From positions 1,056,001 through 1,120,000 of the forward strand of contig OZ244922.1 of the NCBI GenBank assembly GCA_965221905.1: DNA of 64,000 nucleotides. Reading direction: 5' to 3'. The translations under genes and the position numbers were made by a program. Under the pieces are notes generated by a model that was not told where the DNA came from, did not search any database, and saw nothing but the letters and a program-made list of their open reading frames with translations. Below, one piece after another: positions 28,554 through 38,556 of this stretch. This DNA comes from Chloroflexota bacterium. GTDB taxonomy: Bacteria; Chloroflexota; UBA11872; VXOZ01. Each line of letters begins with the position of its first letter. Within the stretch, counting starts at the first letter, position 1.

Positions 28554-31031
28554 ATGCAGACGCTGAACGATCTCTTGGAGACTGCGGCAAGTCGTTTCGG
28601 AGATTCGCCTGCCTTACTCATCAAGCCGGGCATCCGCATCCGCTGCTGGGAGTACCGCGAGCTATGGGAAGCTTCCGGTCGAGTCGCAGCATTCTTACAG
28701 CGTCAGGGCATAGCTAAGGGCGATCGAGTGGTCATCTGGGCGCCGAACCGTCCGGAATGGGTAGTGGCGCTCTTTGGCTGCCTGCGGCTCGGTGCGATTG
28801 CAGTGCCGTTCGATATTCGCAGCGCGCCGGAATTTGTCGCCGCGGTGCTTGGGCAGACGGAGCCTAAGTTTGCCTTCGTCTCTCAATTTACGCCGGAGAA
28901 TGCAGAAATCGAAGCCTTGCCGCACCTGAACATTGAAGACCTGGAAGACACGCTGGAGGGCGACAATGCCGAGCCTCCTCGTGTCGAAGTGGCGGCGGAC
29001 GACATCGCCGAAATCATGTTCACGTCCGGTACGACGGGTGCGCCCAAGGGGGTGATTCTGACTCACGGCAACATCATTTCCAACGTGGTTGCCGGTTGCC
29101 GGGAAGTAATGCCGCAACCGAGCTGGCGGTTGCTCTCGCTCTTGCCGCTGAGCCACATGTTGGAGCAGACGGTCGGCCACTTTGCCGTGTTCTTTGGAGG
29201 CGGCCGGGTGATCTACCCTGTCAGCCGTCAACCGAGTATCCTGGTGCGGACGATGCAGGAAAACGGCATTACGAGTATCGTGCTCGTGCCGCAGGCGCTG
29301 GAACTCTTCATGAACGCCATCGAGCGGCAGGCGGAACTCACCGGGAAGAAGGAGCAACTGGCGAAAATTCTCCGCATTGCGCCCCGCCTCCCAGTATGGG
29401 CGCGGCGGAAGCTCTTCGGTCAGGTGCACCGTCGCTTCGGGGGCAAGCTGCAGTTTGTCATGTGCGGCGGCGCCCGCCTAGAACCTGCCTTGGCAGAGAA
29501 GTGGGAGGCGCTGGGCGTTATGGTGCTCCAGGGCTACGGCACGACTGAAGCGGCGCCGATCATAGCCTGCAACAGCTTTCAATACAAGAAGCTGGACGCG
29601 CTGGGCAAGGTGCTGCCGGGCCAAGAGGTACGGATCGCGCCGGATGGAGAAATCCATACGCGCGGGCCCAACGTCACGCCGGGCTACTGGAACCAGCCGG
29701 AGATTACACAGGCTTCCTTTGAGGACGAGTGGTACAAGACCGGCGACCTGGGTTATATCGACGAAGATGGATTCCTCTACTTCAAGGGCCGCAAGAAAGA
29801 CTTGATCGTGCTGGCCAACGGTCAGAACGTCTACCCGGAAGACATAGAACCGCTCTTGCAGAACCTTGAGGCCGTGGAGGACGCGGTTGTCGTCGGCATG
29901 CCGAGTCCGAACGGCGGCGAGGACGTGCATGCTGTGTTGATCATAAGCGACGGCTCCGATGGCGGCCCGGTGATAGCGGCAGTCAACTCAAAATTGGCCG
30001 CCCATCAGCAGATCAGGGGTTTCAGCATCTGGCCGGACGAGGAGTTCCCCCGTACACACACGCTCAAAGTAAAGAAGAACCTGGTGCTGGAGCGTCTTAT
30101 CGCCGATGCGCAAGGGCAAACGAATACCGTCGCAGCACTGGCAGAAACTCCCATGGAAGCGCTGACTCCATTGGAACAGTTGATCGTACGCATTAGCGAT
30201 AATTCAAGTGCAGGAATTAGTGCTGAGAGCGTTCTCGGCGCCGACATCGGCCTGGATTCTCTCGGCAGGGTGGAACTGCTCTCTGCCATCGAACAGGAGC
30301 TTGGCGTTTACATCGACGAGACCCAGGTGCATCCGGAGACGACCGTTGGAGATTTGGAAGCATTGCTGGCGCAGGGCAGCGCGAGTGAGAATGAGCGGTT
30401 TCCAAGCTGGAGCAGAGCGGCGTGGTGCCGGGCAGCGCGCTCTGCGCTGCACTATGCGATCGTCAAACCCGGCATTGCGCTGCTCTATCAAGTGCAGGTC
30501 GACGGCAGAGAAAACTTGGACGGTCTGTCGGGGCCGGTGCTCTATGCTGCAAACCACAATCTGCAGGCGGATGCCGGCATGATTCTGGTAGCTCTCCCGG
30601 CGTCAATGCGCTGGCGGCTTGGAATTGCTGCGGCCGCCGACAACTACTTTACAACGGTTTGGTGGCGAGTCTTTAGCCCGCTGTTGGGGAATACGTTTCC
30701 CTTCGCGCGCCAAGGCCCGGTGCGGCGCAGCCTAGAGAACTTAGGTAATTTACTGGACGACCAGTGGTCGGTTCTCATCTATCCGGAGGGCGATCGGAAA
30801 GACGGGGAGATCAAGGCATTTAAGCCCGGTACCGGCTTCGTTGCCATGGAGTCGCAGACGCCAGTCGTGCCAATTCGAGTCAAGCTCATAAAGCAGGGCA
30901 TATTCGAGGGCGCAACATTCCCGACACGCGGCAAAGTGGCAGTGCAGATCGGCCGGCCGATTGTCTTCGCGCGCGGCACCGACTATCTGGAAGCAACGGA
31001 GACGCTGGAACAGGCAGTGCGAGCGCTTTAG
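28554..31031 (+). CDS. Acyl-AMP ligase / acyl carrier / PlsC-type acyltransferase fusion (long-chain acyl-CoA synthetase-like)
   Basis: FTSGTTGAPKG, QGYGTTE and TGD (adenylation); GLDSL (phosphopantetheine Ser); NHNLQAD (HX4D) and YPEG (acyltransferase); AAGGAG RBS. Confidence 0.92.
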   Translation: MQTLNDLLETAASRFGDSPALLIKPGIRIRCWEYRELWEASGRVAAFLQRQGIAKGDRVVIWAPNRPEWVVALFGCLRLGAIAVPFDIRSAPEFVAAVLGQTEPKFAFVSQFTPENAEIEALPHLNIEDLEDTLEGDNAEPPRVEVAADDIAEIMFTSGTTGAPKGVILTHGNIISNVVAGCREVMPQPSWRLLSLLPLSHMLEQTVGHFAVFFGGGRVIYPVSRQPSILVRTMQENGITSIVLVPQALELFMNAIERQAELTGKKEQLAKILRIAPRLPVWARRKLFGQVHRRFGGKLQFVMCGGARLEPALAEKWEALGVMVLQGYGTTEAAPIIACNSFQYKKLDALGKVLPGQEVRIAPDGEIHTRGPNVTPGYWNQPEITQASFEDEWYKTGDLGYIDEDGFLYFKGRKKDLIVLANGQNVYPEDIEPLLQNLEAVEDAVVVGMPSPNGGEDVHAVLIISDGSDGGPVIAAVNSKLAAHQQIRGFSIWPDEEFPRTHTLKVKKNLVLERLIADAQGQTNTVAALAETPMEALTPLEQLIVRISDNSSAGISAESVLGADIGLDSLGRVELLSAIEQELGVYIDETQVHPETTVGDLEALLAQGSASENERFPSWSRAAWCRAARSALHYAIVKPGIALLYQVQVDGRENLDGLSGPVLYAANHNLQADAGMILVALPASMRWRLGIAAAADNYFTTVWWRVFSPLLGNTFPFARQGPVRRSLENLGNLLDDQWSVLIYPEGDRKDGEIKAFKPGTGFVAMESQTPVVPIRVKLIKQGIFEGATFPTRGKVAVQIGRPIVFARGTDYLEATETLEQAVRAL

Positions 31032-31125
31032 CCGTAATCTGCCTTGAATAACGTTCAAGCGCCCGCACTCCGGTCCACGAATTGCGGGCGGGCTGGGTGC
31101 ATTGGAAGAGGATGGGTAAGCTCAA

Positions 31126-31189
31126 ACATCCGTACGTACTTCGACCCTTCGTCGAGCTCAGTACAGGCAGGCTCAGCACGAACGGATGT
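31126..31189. repeat. Family A palindrome with nested internal insertion
   Basis: ccgtacgtacttcgac[ccttcgtcgagctcagtacaggc]aggctcagcacgaacgg. Confidence 0.8.
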
Positions 31190-31318
31190 GTCTCTCAAGT
31201 CCAGCCACCCTTGGTGGGGGCACTTGGGGCGCACCAATCAAGGTCTCGGCATCATGGCCGTGGATGACAGTTACGGATTCAGCGGCTTGGTTTCCAGCGA
31301 CGCGCTTGAACGCCACAG

Positions 31319-31359
31319 GCAACCGTTCATACTTCGACAGGCTCAGCACGAACGGTTGC
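31319..31359. repeat. Family A palindrome just downstream of argC
   Basis: gcaaccgttcatacttcgacaggctcagcacgaacggttgc. Confidence 0.85.
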
Positions 31360-31365
31360 TGTTCC

Positions 31366-32415
31366 CTACGGAAACAGCGGCTTGGCTTCAAGTCCCATCG
31401 TTTCCGGCAGACCGAGCATGGCGTTGGCGTTCTGCAGCGCCTGGCCGGACGCGCCCTTGACCAAGTTATCAATGGCGGTGGTGACGATGAGATGCCCCGT
31501 GCGCTCGTGCACGACCGGATGGATGAGGCAGTGGTTGCTGCCGTAGGTCCACTTGGTCTTGGGTGAGACTGGGAGTACCTGCACAAACGGCTCGCCGGCG
31601 TAGCGCGCTTGGTAGAGTTCGTCCACGGCTTGCTGGGCAATGGGGCGAACGAGCGTCGCGTAGCAGGTGGCCAGGATGCCGCGGGTCATGGGAATGAGGT
31701 GGGGAACGAACGTTACCTGCACGTCAGCTTCCGCTACCGCGCTTAGTTCCTGCGCTATTTCCGGCATGTGGCGGTGGCCCTGCAGGGCATAGGCCTCAAC
31801 ACTCTCGTTGACTTCCGAATAGTGATTCGTGAGTGTTAGGCTCCGTCCGCCGCCCGAAACGCCCGACTTGGCGTCCACGATTACGGCAGGTGGGATTAGA
31901 CCCTCAGCCAAGGCCGGCGCGAGCCCCAAGATTGCTCCGGTAGGGTAGCAGCCGGGGTTTGCCACGATTTTGGCCTGCCGTACTTCATCCCGATGCAACT
32001 CTGTGAGACCGTACACGGCGGTACCAAGATACTCCGGACAGGGGTGCTCCTGGTACCACTCTTTGTACGTATTCGTATCATGGAGTCGGAAGTCCGCGGC
32101 AATGTCGACAACGGGTATGCCGTCTCGAATGAACGGAAGCAGGGCCTCAGCCGATGCCTTGTGCGGCAAACCGGAAAAGACGAGATCCACGCCGGTCGCA
32201 ATCTCTTCCGTGATCGTCATTGCGCCGAGATCGCCATCGGGAAAGAGATCGGTGAATGGGAAGACTTCAGCCAGGCGCTTACCGGCTTGACTACGGCCGG
32301 TCGCAGCGACGATCTGCATCTCCGGATGCCAGGCCAGCAGCCGGATGAGCTCCAGTCCGGCGTAGCCGGTGACGTTTAATATGCCAATGCGCATCTCAGT
32401 ACTCCACGTCTCCAT
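31366..32415 (-). CDS. argC: N-acetyl-gamma-glutamyl-phosphate reductase
   Basis: TGYAG, ADFRL, YGLTE, ANPGCYPT, KSGVSGGG, HRH.PE and DNLVKGASGQA motifs; alternative start 32394. Confidence 0.96.
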   Translation of the reverse strand: METWSTEMRIGILNVTGYAGLELIRLLAWHPEMQIVAATGRSQAGKRLAEVFPFTDLFPDGDLGAMTITEEIATGVDLVFSGLPHKASAEALLPFIRDGIPVVDIAADFRLHDTNTYKEWYQEHPCPEYLGTAVYGLTELHRDEVRQAKIVANPGCYPTGAILGLAPALAEGLIPPAVIVDAKSGVSGGGRSLTLTNHYSEVNESVEAYALQGHRHMPEIAQELSAVAEADVQVTFVPHLIPMTRGILATCYATLVRPIAQQAVDELYQARYAGEPFVQVLPVSPKTKWTYGSNHCLIHPVVHERTGHLIVTTAIDNLVKGASGQALQNANAMLGLPETMGLEAKPLFP

Positions 32416-32436
32416 GGTAGTGTGTTGACACTTGAA

Positions 32437-32545
32437 GTCATTCCGAGCAAAACGAGGAATCTAGACAACGCGCGTCCTAGATTCTTCGACTCTTCGTTTC
32501 TCAAAATGATCGCTAAGGCGTAACGCGGGGGCTTGTCCCTCGCTT
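32437..32545. repeat. Family E element (GTCATTCCGAGC..GAATCT..AGATTCTTCG..AATGA) followed by a family C REP
   Basis: gtcattccgagcaaaacgaggaatctag...ctagattcttcg...aaaatgat, then gtaacgcgggggcttgtccctcgc. Confidence 0.6.
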
Positions 32546-32757
32546 CTTGGCTTGAACACAAGATTACGCCATCTAACTAGATTCTGCGTTAAGTTTGCTC
32601 CACTGTATGCGAGGTTGAGCAGCCTATTCTCTATGGTACGTTAGGGCGCATCTCTCGTGTCAACACTGCCTGGTCACGTTCGCGCGTGTTCTCGCTATTG
32701 CTGCTCGCAGTGCGGGATGGAAACCTAGTATAGCGAAACACTCCAGCCGCGTAAATG

Positions 32758-33633
32758 CTAGCGCGTGGCGAGCATGACGAGGATGAGCGCCGCCAGCCCG
32801 ATGCGGTACAACGCCAGCGGCCAGAGGCGGCCGTGCTGCAGGTAACGCAAGAAGAGGCGGATACAGGGATAGCCCACCACCAGCGCGCTGAAAAAACCGA
32901 CAGCGAAGATTGTCCCACCGTTGCCGCTTAGGGCTGCACTGTCAAGGTGGCGCGCTTCCCACACACCGGCGCCAAAGATAATTGGCGCCATGAGCAAGAA
33001 GGAAAAGCGTGCCGCCTGTACCCGGCTCAAGCCCAGCAACATGCCCATGGTGATGGTGCTGCCCGAGCGAGAGACCCCGGGCACGATCGCCAAAGCTTGC
33101 GCCAGGCCGATGAGCAGCGCCTCCCGCCAGCCGAGGCTGTCGCACGCCTGCCCGCCGGTGTGCCGAGCATCTACTACCCAGAGTATGATGCCGACCCCGG
33201 CAAGGGTACCGGCGATGATCCAGGGAGAGCGCAAGACCGTTGCGGCAGCTTCTTCGAGCAGTAGACCGGCGACCACCGCCGGTAGCGTGGCAAGCACGAG
33301 CAGCCACGCCAAGCGGCGCTCGGGATCAGCTTGGATGTCCCGCTCGCGAATGGAGCTTAAGAATGCACCCGCGAGCGACAGGATGTCACGCCAAAACACC
33401 AGCAACACGGCGAGAAGCGTGCCGACGTGGAGCGCCACCGCGAACGGCAGGCTATTCAGCACCGGCGACGACCATCGGAACGCCCAGGGCAGAATGGCAA
33501 GGTGGGCGGAACTGGAAATCGGCAGGAATTCGGTAATGCCCTGCACTATCCCCAGGATCGCGGCGGCGGCAACGTCGCCATCCCACCAGGCTGCACCCAT
33601 GGCGGCAATCCAGAAGCTCTGATACGGCATCAT
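32758..33633 (-). CDS. uppP: Undecaprenyl-diphosphatase (BacA)
   Basis: LGIVQGITEFLPISSSAHL, PGVSRSGST and ARFSFL motifs. Confidence 0.96.
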   Translation of the reverse strand: MMPYQSFWIAAMGAAWWDGDVAAAAILGIVQGITEFLPISSSAHLAILPWAFRWSSPVLNSLPFAVALHVGTLLAVLLVFWRDILSLAGAFLSSIRERDIQADPERRLAWLLVLATLPAVVAGLLLEEAAATVLRSPWIIAGTLAGVGIILWVVDARHTGGQACDSLGWREALLIGLAQALAIVPGVSRSGSTITMGMLLGLSRVQAARFSFLLMAPIIFGAGVWEARHLDSAALSGNGGTIFAVGFFSALVVGYPCIRLFLRYLQHGRLWPLALYRIGLAALILVMLATR

Positions 33634-34054
33634 GGGGCTTTATTCCCGACCGGGTACGGGCCCAGCAACAAGACACCACCAACGCCAGCCTCGGGGACGA
33701 GTCGCCACCCAGATGGTTCGCTTGCATCTGCGTGAGATTCCGCTACCTTGGCCGGAGCTAGAGTTCCCGGTGGGGGCCCTTCGGAGACGGCGCCAGCGGT
33801 GATGCATGCGTTGAGCGATTGCGCGCTTGCGCCACCTGCAATTTTCTTCATGATAGTCTGGCCCGAAACACATGGCCAAGGCATGATTTTGCATTCTCCC
33901 GCAGTCCTGCTGTCGCTGCTACGAGTATAGTCTCTTTGGCGGCAGGTGTGCGGCAGGGGAAATCTAGGAGTATTGCCCGCCGCCAGTAAGAAAAGCCTTT
34001 GTGTTTTCTCAGCCACGCAGGGGCAATTGCACCTATGCCTATCGTCCTTGCGGT

Positions 34055-34099
34055 GCAGGTTGCAAGCCTGTGCTGCCGCAGGTTGCAAACCTGCGCTAC
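34055..34099 (-). repeat. Two tandem GTAG-type REPs (GTAGCGCAGGTTTGCAACCTGCG)
   Basis: gcaggttgcaagcctgtgctgc followed by cgcaggttgcaaacctgcgctac; another copy at 44330-44354. Confidence 0.75.
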
Positions 34100-34253
34100 T
34101 CAGGATGGCCTGCTCGGCGCAAAGCGGTCTACAACTGCAGCGTTCAACGCGGTGTGGGTAGGTCAGGCCCCATTCGTAAGTGATGTATCGTGGCGCATTG
34201 TCTAAGGAATGCGTAGGGCAACGCTGTGGTCTCATTTTTCGCCTGAGCGTCGT

Positions 34254-35039
34254 CTAAGCGTTGCGGCGCGCTTGCTCCATTTCCCTAATCCTGGAGACAA
34301 GCGCCGCATCTCCGGCAACCACTGGGCCCACCTGTGGCTGGGTTACGGCAGTACCGGCAAACGTCGCCACGCATCCACCGGCTTCTTGTACGATCAAGAG
34401 CGCGGCGGCCATGTCCCAGGGCTCGAGCCGATGATGAAAGAACCCACTGAGACGACCGGCAGCCACGTAGCACAGCGCAAGTGCTGCGGAACCTATCAGG
34501 CGCAATCCCGCAATCTGAGGTCGCAGCGCTACGGCGAGCGCCAGGCTATCGTGGGCGGCCTGATCATCGTGCCCCAGGTCGAAACCCAAAAGCGCATTGT
34601 GCCAGGCGACATCGCGGCGCACGGCAATAGTGTTGCCGTTCCAGGTGCCGCCCCGGCCTGCCTCCGCCACGAACAGGTCATCCAACAGAGGATCGTACAC
34701 GACGCCTACGACCGGCCGTTTCCGTTCCACGAGCGCAATGCTTACGGTAAATAGCGGAAACCGATTGGCGATGTTGAGAGTGCCGTCTACGGGGTCGACC
34801 AGCCACGTCGGTTCATCGGAGAGCGGATGGTTGGATGTCTCTTCGGTAAAGAGCCGATGATCGGGAAATGCGGCGCGGATATGGGATTGAATCAGATCGT
34901 TTGCAGCCAAGTCGAGTCCGGTAACGAAGTCTCCCCGGCCCTTAGTCTCGACTATCGCAGAGTCGGCCAGATTTTCGCGTAAGAACGCTCCGGCCTTCTG
35001 AGCGGCGGCAACCGCGACCGCGCCGAGCGACCGTTGCAC
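34254..35039 (-). CDS. Inositol monophosphatase family protein (SuhB-like)
   Basis: TEE, WLVDPVDGTLN, GSAAL.LCYVA and PWDMAA motifs. Confidence 0.92.
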   Translation of the reverse strand: MQRSLGAVAVAAAQKAGAFLRENLADSAIVETKGRGDFVTGLDLAANDLIQSHIRAAFPDHRLFTEETSNHPLSDEPTWLVDPVDGTLNIANRFPLFTVSIALVERKRPVVGVVYDPLLDDLFVAEAGRGGTWNGNTIAVRRDVAWHNALLGFDLGHDDQAAHDSLALAVALRPQIAGLRLIGSAALALCYVAAGRLSGFFHHRLEPWDMAAALLIVQEAGGCVATFAGTAVTQPQVGPVVAGDAALVSRIREMEQARRNA

Positions 35040-35222
35040 GTCTAGTTGTTGCCTTTCCGCACTGTAGATAGCCTATTGTCGGTTCTTTGTGGCATGGAAT
35101 TCGGTAGACGACAATCAGGCTTGTTTCCGCCCCATGTCGTGTCAGTGGCAAGGTGCGAGCAGGATTCACGGGCCGGGCTGCGGTCCGCATGCGAAATTAA
35201 TGGCAGGTCTCCGCACTGACCG

Positions 35223-37328
35223 CTATAGTCCCAGCTCCTGTGCCAGTCTCTCGGACGTTAGTACATCTTGCCGGTAGCGCAATGCCTGGGGTGCGCCGTA
35301 TGCGCGGTAGGCAGCGGTGGTCCGGCCGCATGCTGCGAGAAACGCTGCCATGCCGACAGGCTCACGCTGATGGTCGTGGGGCGTCCAGAGCACCAATTGG
35401 CGGGGAGCAATCAGCGCCGCGACGTCGCAGATGTCGAACTCGCGCAGTACACCGAACAGAAACCACGATGTATCGTAGGCGTAGTGCTCATTCTCTACCA
35501 GCCACCGGTAGGAAGCCAGGCACTCGTGGGCGACGACCCCATCAACTCGCTGGTCCAGGGCAGCAGTAAACAGCGCCACCAAAGCGCCGCCGCCGCGTCC
35601 GCCGAGCACAATGTGCTTCGCGGCTGTAGCCGGGAGCGTGGCGAGCGCATCGATACCGCGCATAACGTCCTGCACGCGCATGCCCAGCAGTGGGCGAGCC
35701 TGCAGAAGGCCCATGTAGGCGACTTTGTGGCTCGTGTGCCCGTTGTCGCTCGTCCGTGGATTATCTGCCGCCGGAAATCCCGTCTCGCCGATTCCCCTCG
35801 GGTCGAGCGCCAAGGAAGCCACCCCGCGCACTGCCAATGCATCGAGTAACACCGCGCTACTCTCGGATTCTTTGCCCGCGTCATCTATCCAAAGGAGTAT
35901 TTTGTCTTCTTGGGCGCCGACCGGAGTCCGCAGTACGCAGGGAATCAAGATACCAGGTTCCGATTCGAACACGAGGCGCTCGCGCCGCACGCGTTCGCTG
36001 GATCCCAGGGGGACACGCGACAGATTTAGGTCGCCGGACAACGAAAAGGCGGAGAGCACACGGCGCACGCGCTCGCGCACGATCTGTTGATACTTTGCGG
36101 CTTCACTCTCCGAGCCCACTGCGGGCAGTGCCGGGTCTAGGTCGGCCAAGAGCTTGCGGTTGAGCGTGAAGACGGTCTCGCTGCCCAATTCATAGACGTT
36201 GCCTGATTCCGTGCACCAGAGCGTTTCGTCCGGCTCCAGCGTTATCTCCGTTTCTTCGCTTCCTTCTTCTTCCTTTTCAAACTCACAGTTGAACCACGCA
36301 TACGCTGCTTGGCGCATGGGCAAGTGGTATCCGTGATTCTGTTCCGCCACAGCCAAAGAGAGTTGGTCGGGCACACCGAGCGCCGTGTAAACTCGCTTTG
36401 CACTCTCGACACTGCGGCGCGCGCCCTCCAGGGGAAAGTAGTCTCCGGTGGCAGCGCCCACGCATTGTGGGCGCGGCGCGAATAAAGACACATAGTCTTC
36501 ATGGTCCAGGCCCACGGCAAGTTGCCCAAAGAGATTCTGTTCCGCATCCTGAGGGCCGACGGTATCCAGGAGCGCGGGGAATCCTGCGATGTAGCAGGTT
36601 GGCATGGCTGCTGTCACGCGGTCGTCGAAGGGCACGTATTGCGCCGTATTCGTGCCGCCGCCCGAAACACCGGTGCAACCGATGCGCGCCGGGTCCACGT
36701 CGTCCCGCGAGAGCAAGTAGTCTACAGCGCGGACACTATCCCAAATCATGAATTGGGCGAGATTGATCCCCAGCAGCAGGCACTGCGCACCCACGTTGCT
36801 GTGCTCGCGCGTGGAGGAACTGAAGGCCGAGTCTTTCGTCACCGGGTTCCAGTACTGCCAGCGCTCGCCCTGGCCGAGCGGATCGTACACCAACACGAGA
36901 TAGCCCTTTTCGGCAAAGCCGGCAGGCGTGCGCTGATAGCTATCGTATGCCTTGCCGTTCCGACTATGTCCTAGTGGAAAGAGCATGCCCGGATAGGGTG
37001 CAGAGTGCTGTTTGGGGACATAGACAAGTGCGGTCACGTAGAAACGGGGACGGCTCTCGAAGATGATCTTCCGGATGGTGTAACGTTCTCGCTCTAGCTT
37101 TCCAACCGCGCGTGTGTTGAGCGGGGTCCTCTCCGGAAACGGCCCAATGGCCTGCTCAAAGTCAGACATTAGTTGCGCGCGTCGCTGCTCCCATTGCTCC
37201 GGGGTCCGTACTGCCGCACGAGCCTTCTCGGCATGGTTGAAAAGCAGGTGCGCTTGCTGAATCAGATAGCTGTGGAGCATATCTGCGGGGATTGTGTCAG
37301 CGGCGTACGGTGGGCTTGAAGTTGCCAT
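35223..37328 (-). CDS. Acetylxylan-esterase-like alpha/beta hydrolase (two hydrolase-like halves)
   Basis: FESRP, DPLGQGER, G-V-S-G-G nucleophile elbow and APRP; second half has DPRGIGET and a degenerate GRGGG elbow. Confidence 0.82.
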   Translation of the reverse strand: MATSSPPYAADTIPADMLHSYLIQQAHLLFNHAEKARAAVRTPEQWEQRRAQLMSDFEQAIGPFPERTPLNTRAVGKLERERYTIRKIIFESRPRFYVTALVYVPKQHSAPYPGMLFPLGHSRNGKAYDSYQRTPAGFAEKGYLVLVYDPLGQGERWQYWNPVTKDSAFSSSTREHSNVGAQCLLLGINLAQFMIWDSVRAVDYLLSRDDVDPARIGCTGVSGGGTNTAQYVPFDDRVTAAMPTCYIAGFPALLDTVGPQDAEQNLFGQLAVGLDHEDYVSLFAPRPQCVGAATGDYFPLEGARRSVESAKRVYTALGVPDQLSLAVAEQNHGYHLPMRQAAYAWFNCEFEKEEEGSEETEITLEPDETLWCTESGNVYELGSETVFTLNRKLLADLDPALPAVGSESEAAKYQQIVRERVRRVLSAFSLSGDLNLSRVPLGSSERVRRERLVFESEPGILIPCVLRTPVGAQEDKILLWIDDAGKESESSAVLLDALAVRGVASLALDPRGIGETGFPAADNPRTSDNGHTSHKVAYMGLLQARPLLGMRVQDVMRGIDALATLPATAAKHIVLGGRGGGALVALFTAALDQRVDGVVAHECLASYRWLVENEHYAYDTSWFLFGVLREFDICDVAALIAPRQLVLWTPHDHQREPVGMAAFLAACGRTTAAYRAYGAPQALRYRQDVLTSERLAQELGL

Positions 37329-37450
37329 CGGGCATCATCCCTTCTTGCGGTACACGCGAGACCGTCTTCTTGAGGCGAGTATAGGGGAAATCCCCTCATG
37401 TCGTCAATTGGAGCGGAGGGGCCGCAATGAGGTGTAGGTGAGGGACCGGC

Positions 37451-38155
37451 CTAGCGCTGGCGGAAGATACGCTCCATATCCATGCCGGTGAGATTACGAA
37501 TGCCGACGACGGTGTAGAGAATGGCTATTGTAAGAATGATGATTGCGGGAACTGAGATCACGGGGAAACTCAGGGCCGTCATCTTGCCCAACTCTTCGTT
37601 GAAGGCTGTTGTCCCAGGCGGACTCACCACCACCAGGCGCGCCAGAAAATAATTCGAGACCGAAGAGAGAAAGAATGACGCCGCCACGATGAACGTGGCG
37701 TGCACGAGGCGTCTCTTGTAGGGCGCTCGTGTGCCGCGCTCGTCGAGTGCGGCGTTCACCGCTGCGCTGTCGATTACCTTGTTCAGCAGGACGGAAACGA
37801 GCGAGAAGCGAGTCTTGAGCGACCCGAGCACGGCAATGCCGATGAAAAACGGAATGGCTCCCTCCTTGACGGCAATCCACTTGGGATCGAGCTTGAGCAG
37901 CCCAATGCCGCCCGTGAGCAGAATGCCGACGACGCCGACAATCGGAAGAATGTTCAGCGTACGCCGTTGGGAGTAATCGAAGATTCCGTAGGCCAGAGGG
38001 AACGCCAGCGCGACCAGGAGACCGTTCACGGGCCCCAACCACTGGTCGCTGCTGAACCGCATGAGAATGACCACGGGGATTACAATGTTGAAAAGCAGGC
38101 TGACCAGCGGATTCTCACGTCGCGCGGGCGTGCTATTTTGCGCAGTGCTATTCAT
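37451..38155 (-). CDS. VC0807-like membrane protein
   Basis: NIVIP.VILM.FS, LTGGIGLL.L...WIAVKE and FNEELGKMT.LS.PVI motifs. Confidence 0.75.
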   Translation of the reverse strand: MNSTAQNSTPARRENPLVSLLFNIVIPVVILMRFSSDQWLGPVNGLLVALAFPLAYGIFDYSQRRTLNILPIVGVVGILLTGGIGLLKLDPKWIAVKEGAIPFFIGIAVLGSLKTRFSLVSVLLNKVIDSAAVNAALDERGTRAPYKRRLVHATFIVAASFFLSSVSNYFLARLVVVSPPGTTAFNEELGKMTALSFPVISVPAIIILTIAILYTVVGIRNLTGMDMERIFRQR

Positions 38156-38331
38156 TGAAGGTTTGCCTCTTTTGTGTGGCAACGTTTCCATCTATGATAG
38201 TACAACCTGGGGCTTTGGCGGGCGCGTAAATGAGGCATTACCATATTTTTTTGACCGGCTTTGAATAAAGGGAAGACGTGGGCGAGTGTTCTCCGGACGA
38301 ACAGGCAGAAGTTCCTTGCACCTGCAGCTTC

Positions 38332-38368
38332 CTCCGTTCGCCTTGAGCTTGTCGAAAGGTGAATGGAG
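38332..38368. repeat. Family A palindrome
   Basis: ctccgttcgccttgagcttgtcgaaaggtgaatggag. Confidence 0.8.
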
Positions 38369-38556
38369 AACTGAACGGCCGCAATTGAGAATTGTCGATT
38401 TTGCCGCGCCTGACAGGGCGCTGCCGGCGCTAGCACGACTTAAGTAAAGATGGGTGGTCTTTGTGGCGTCGCAGCATGCGGCATTTGACCCGGAGGGTGT
38501 GGGTGTGATGTGCTTGCTACAAAAATTGGAGCGGCTTGAGGAGTATCAATTCACCT

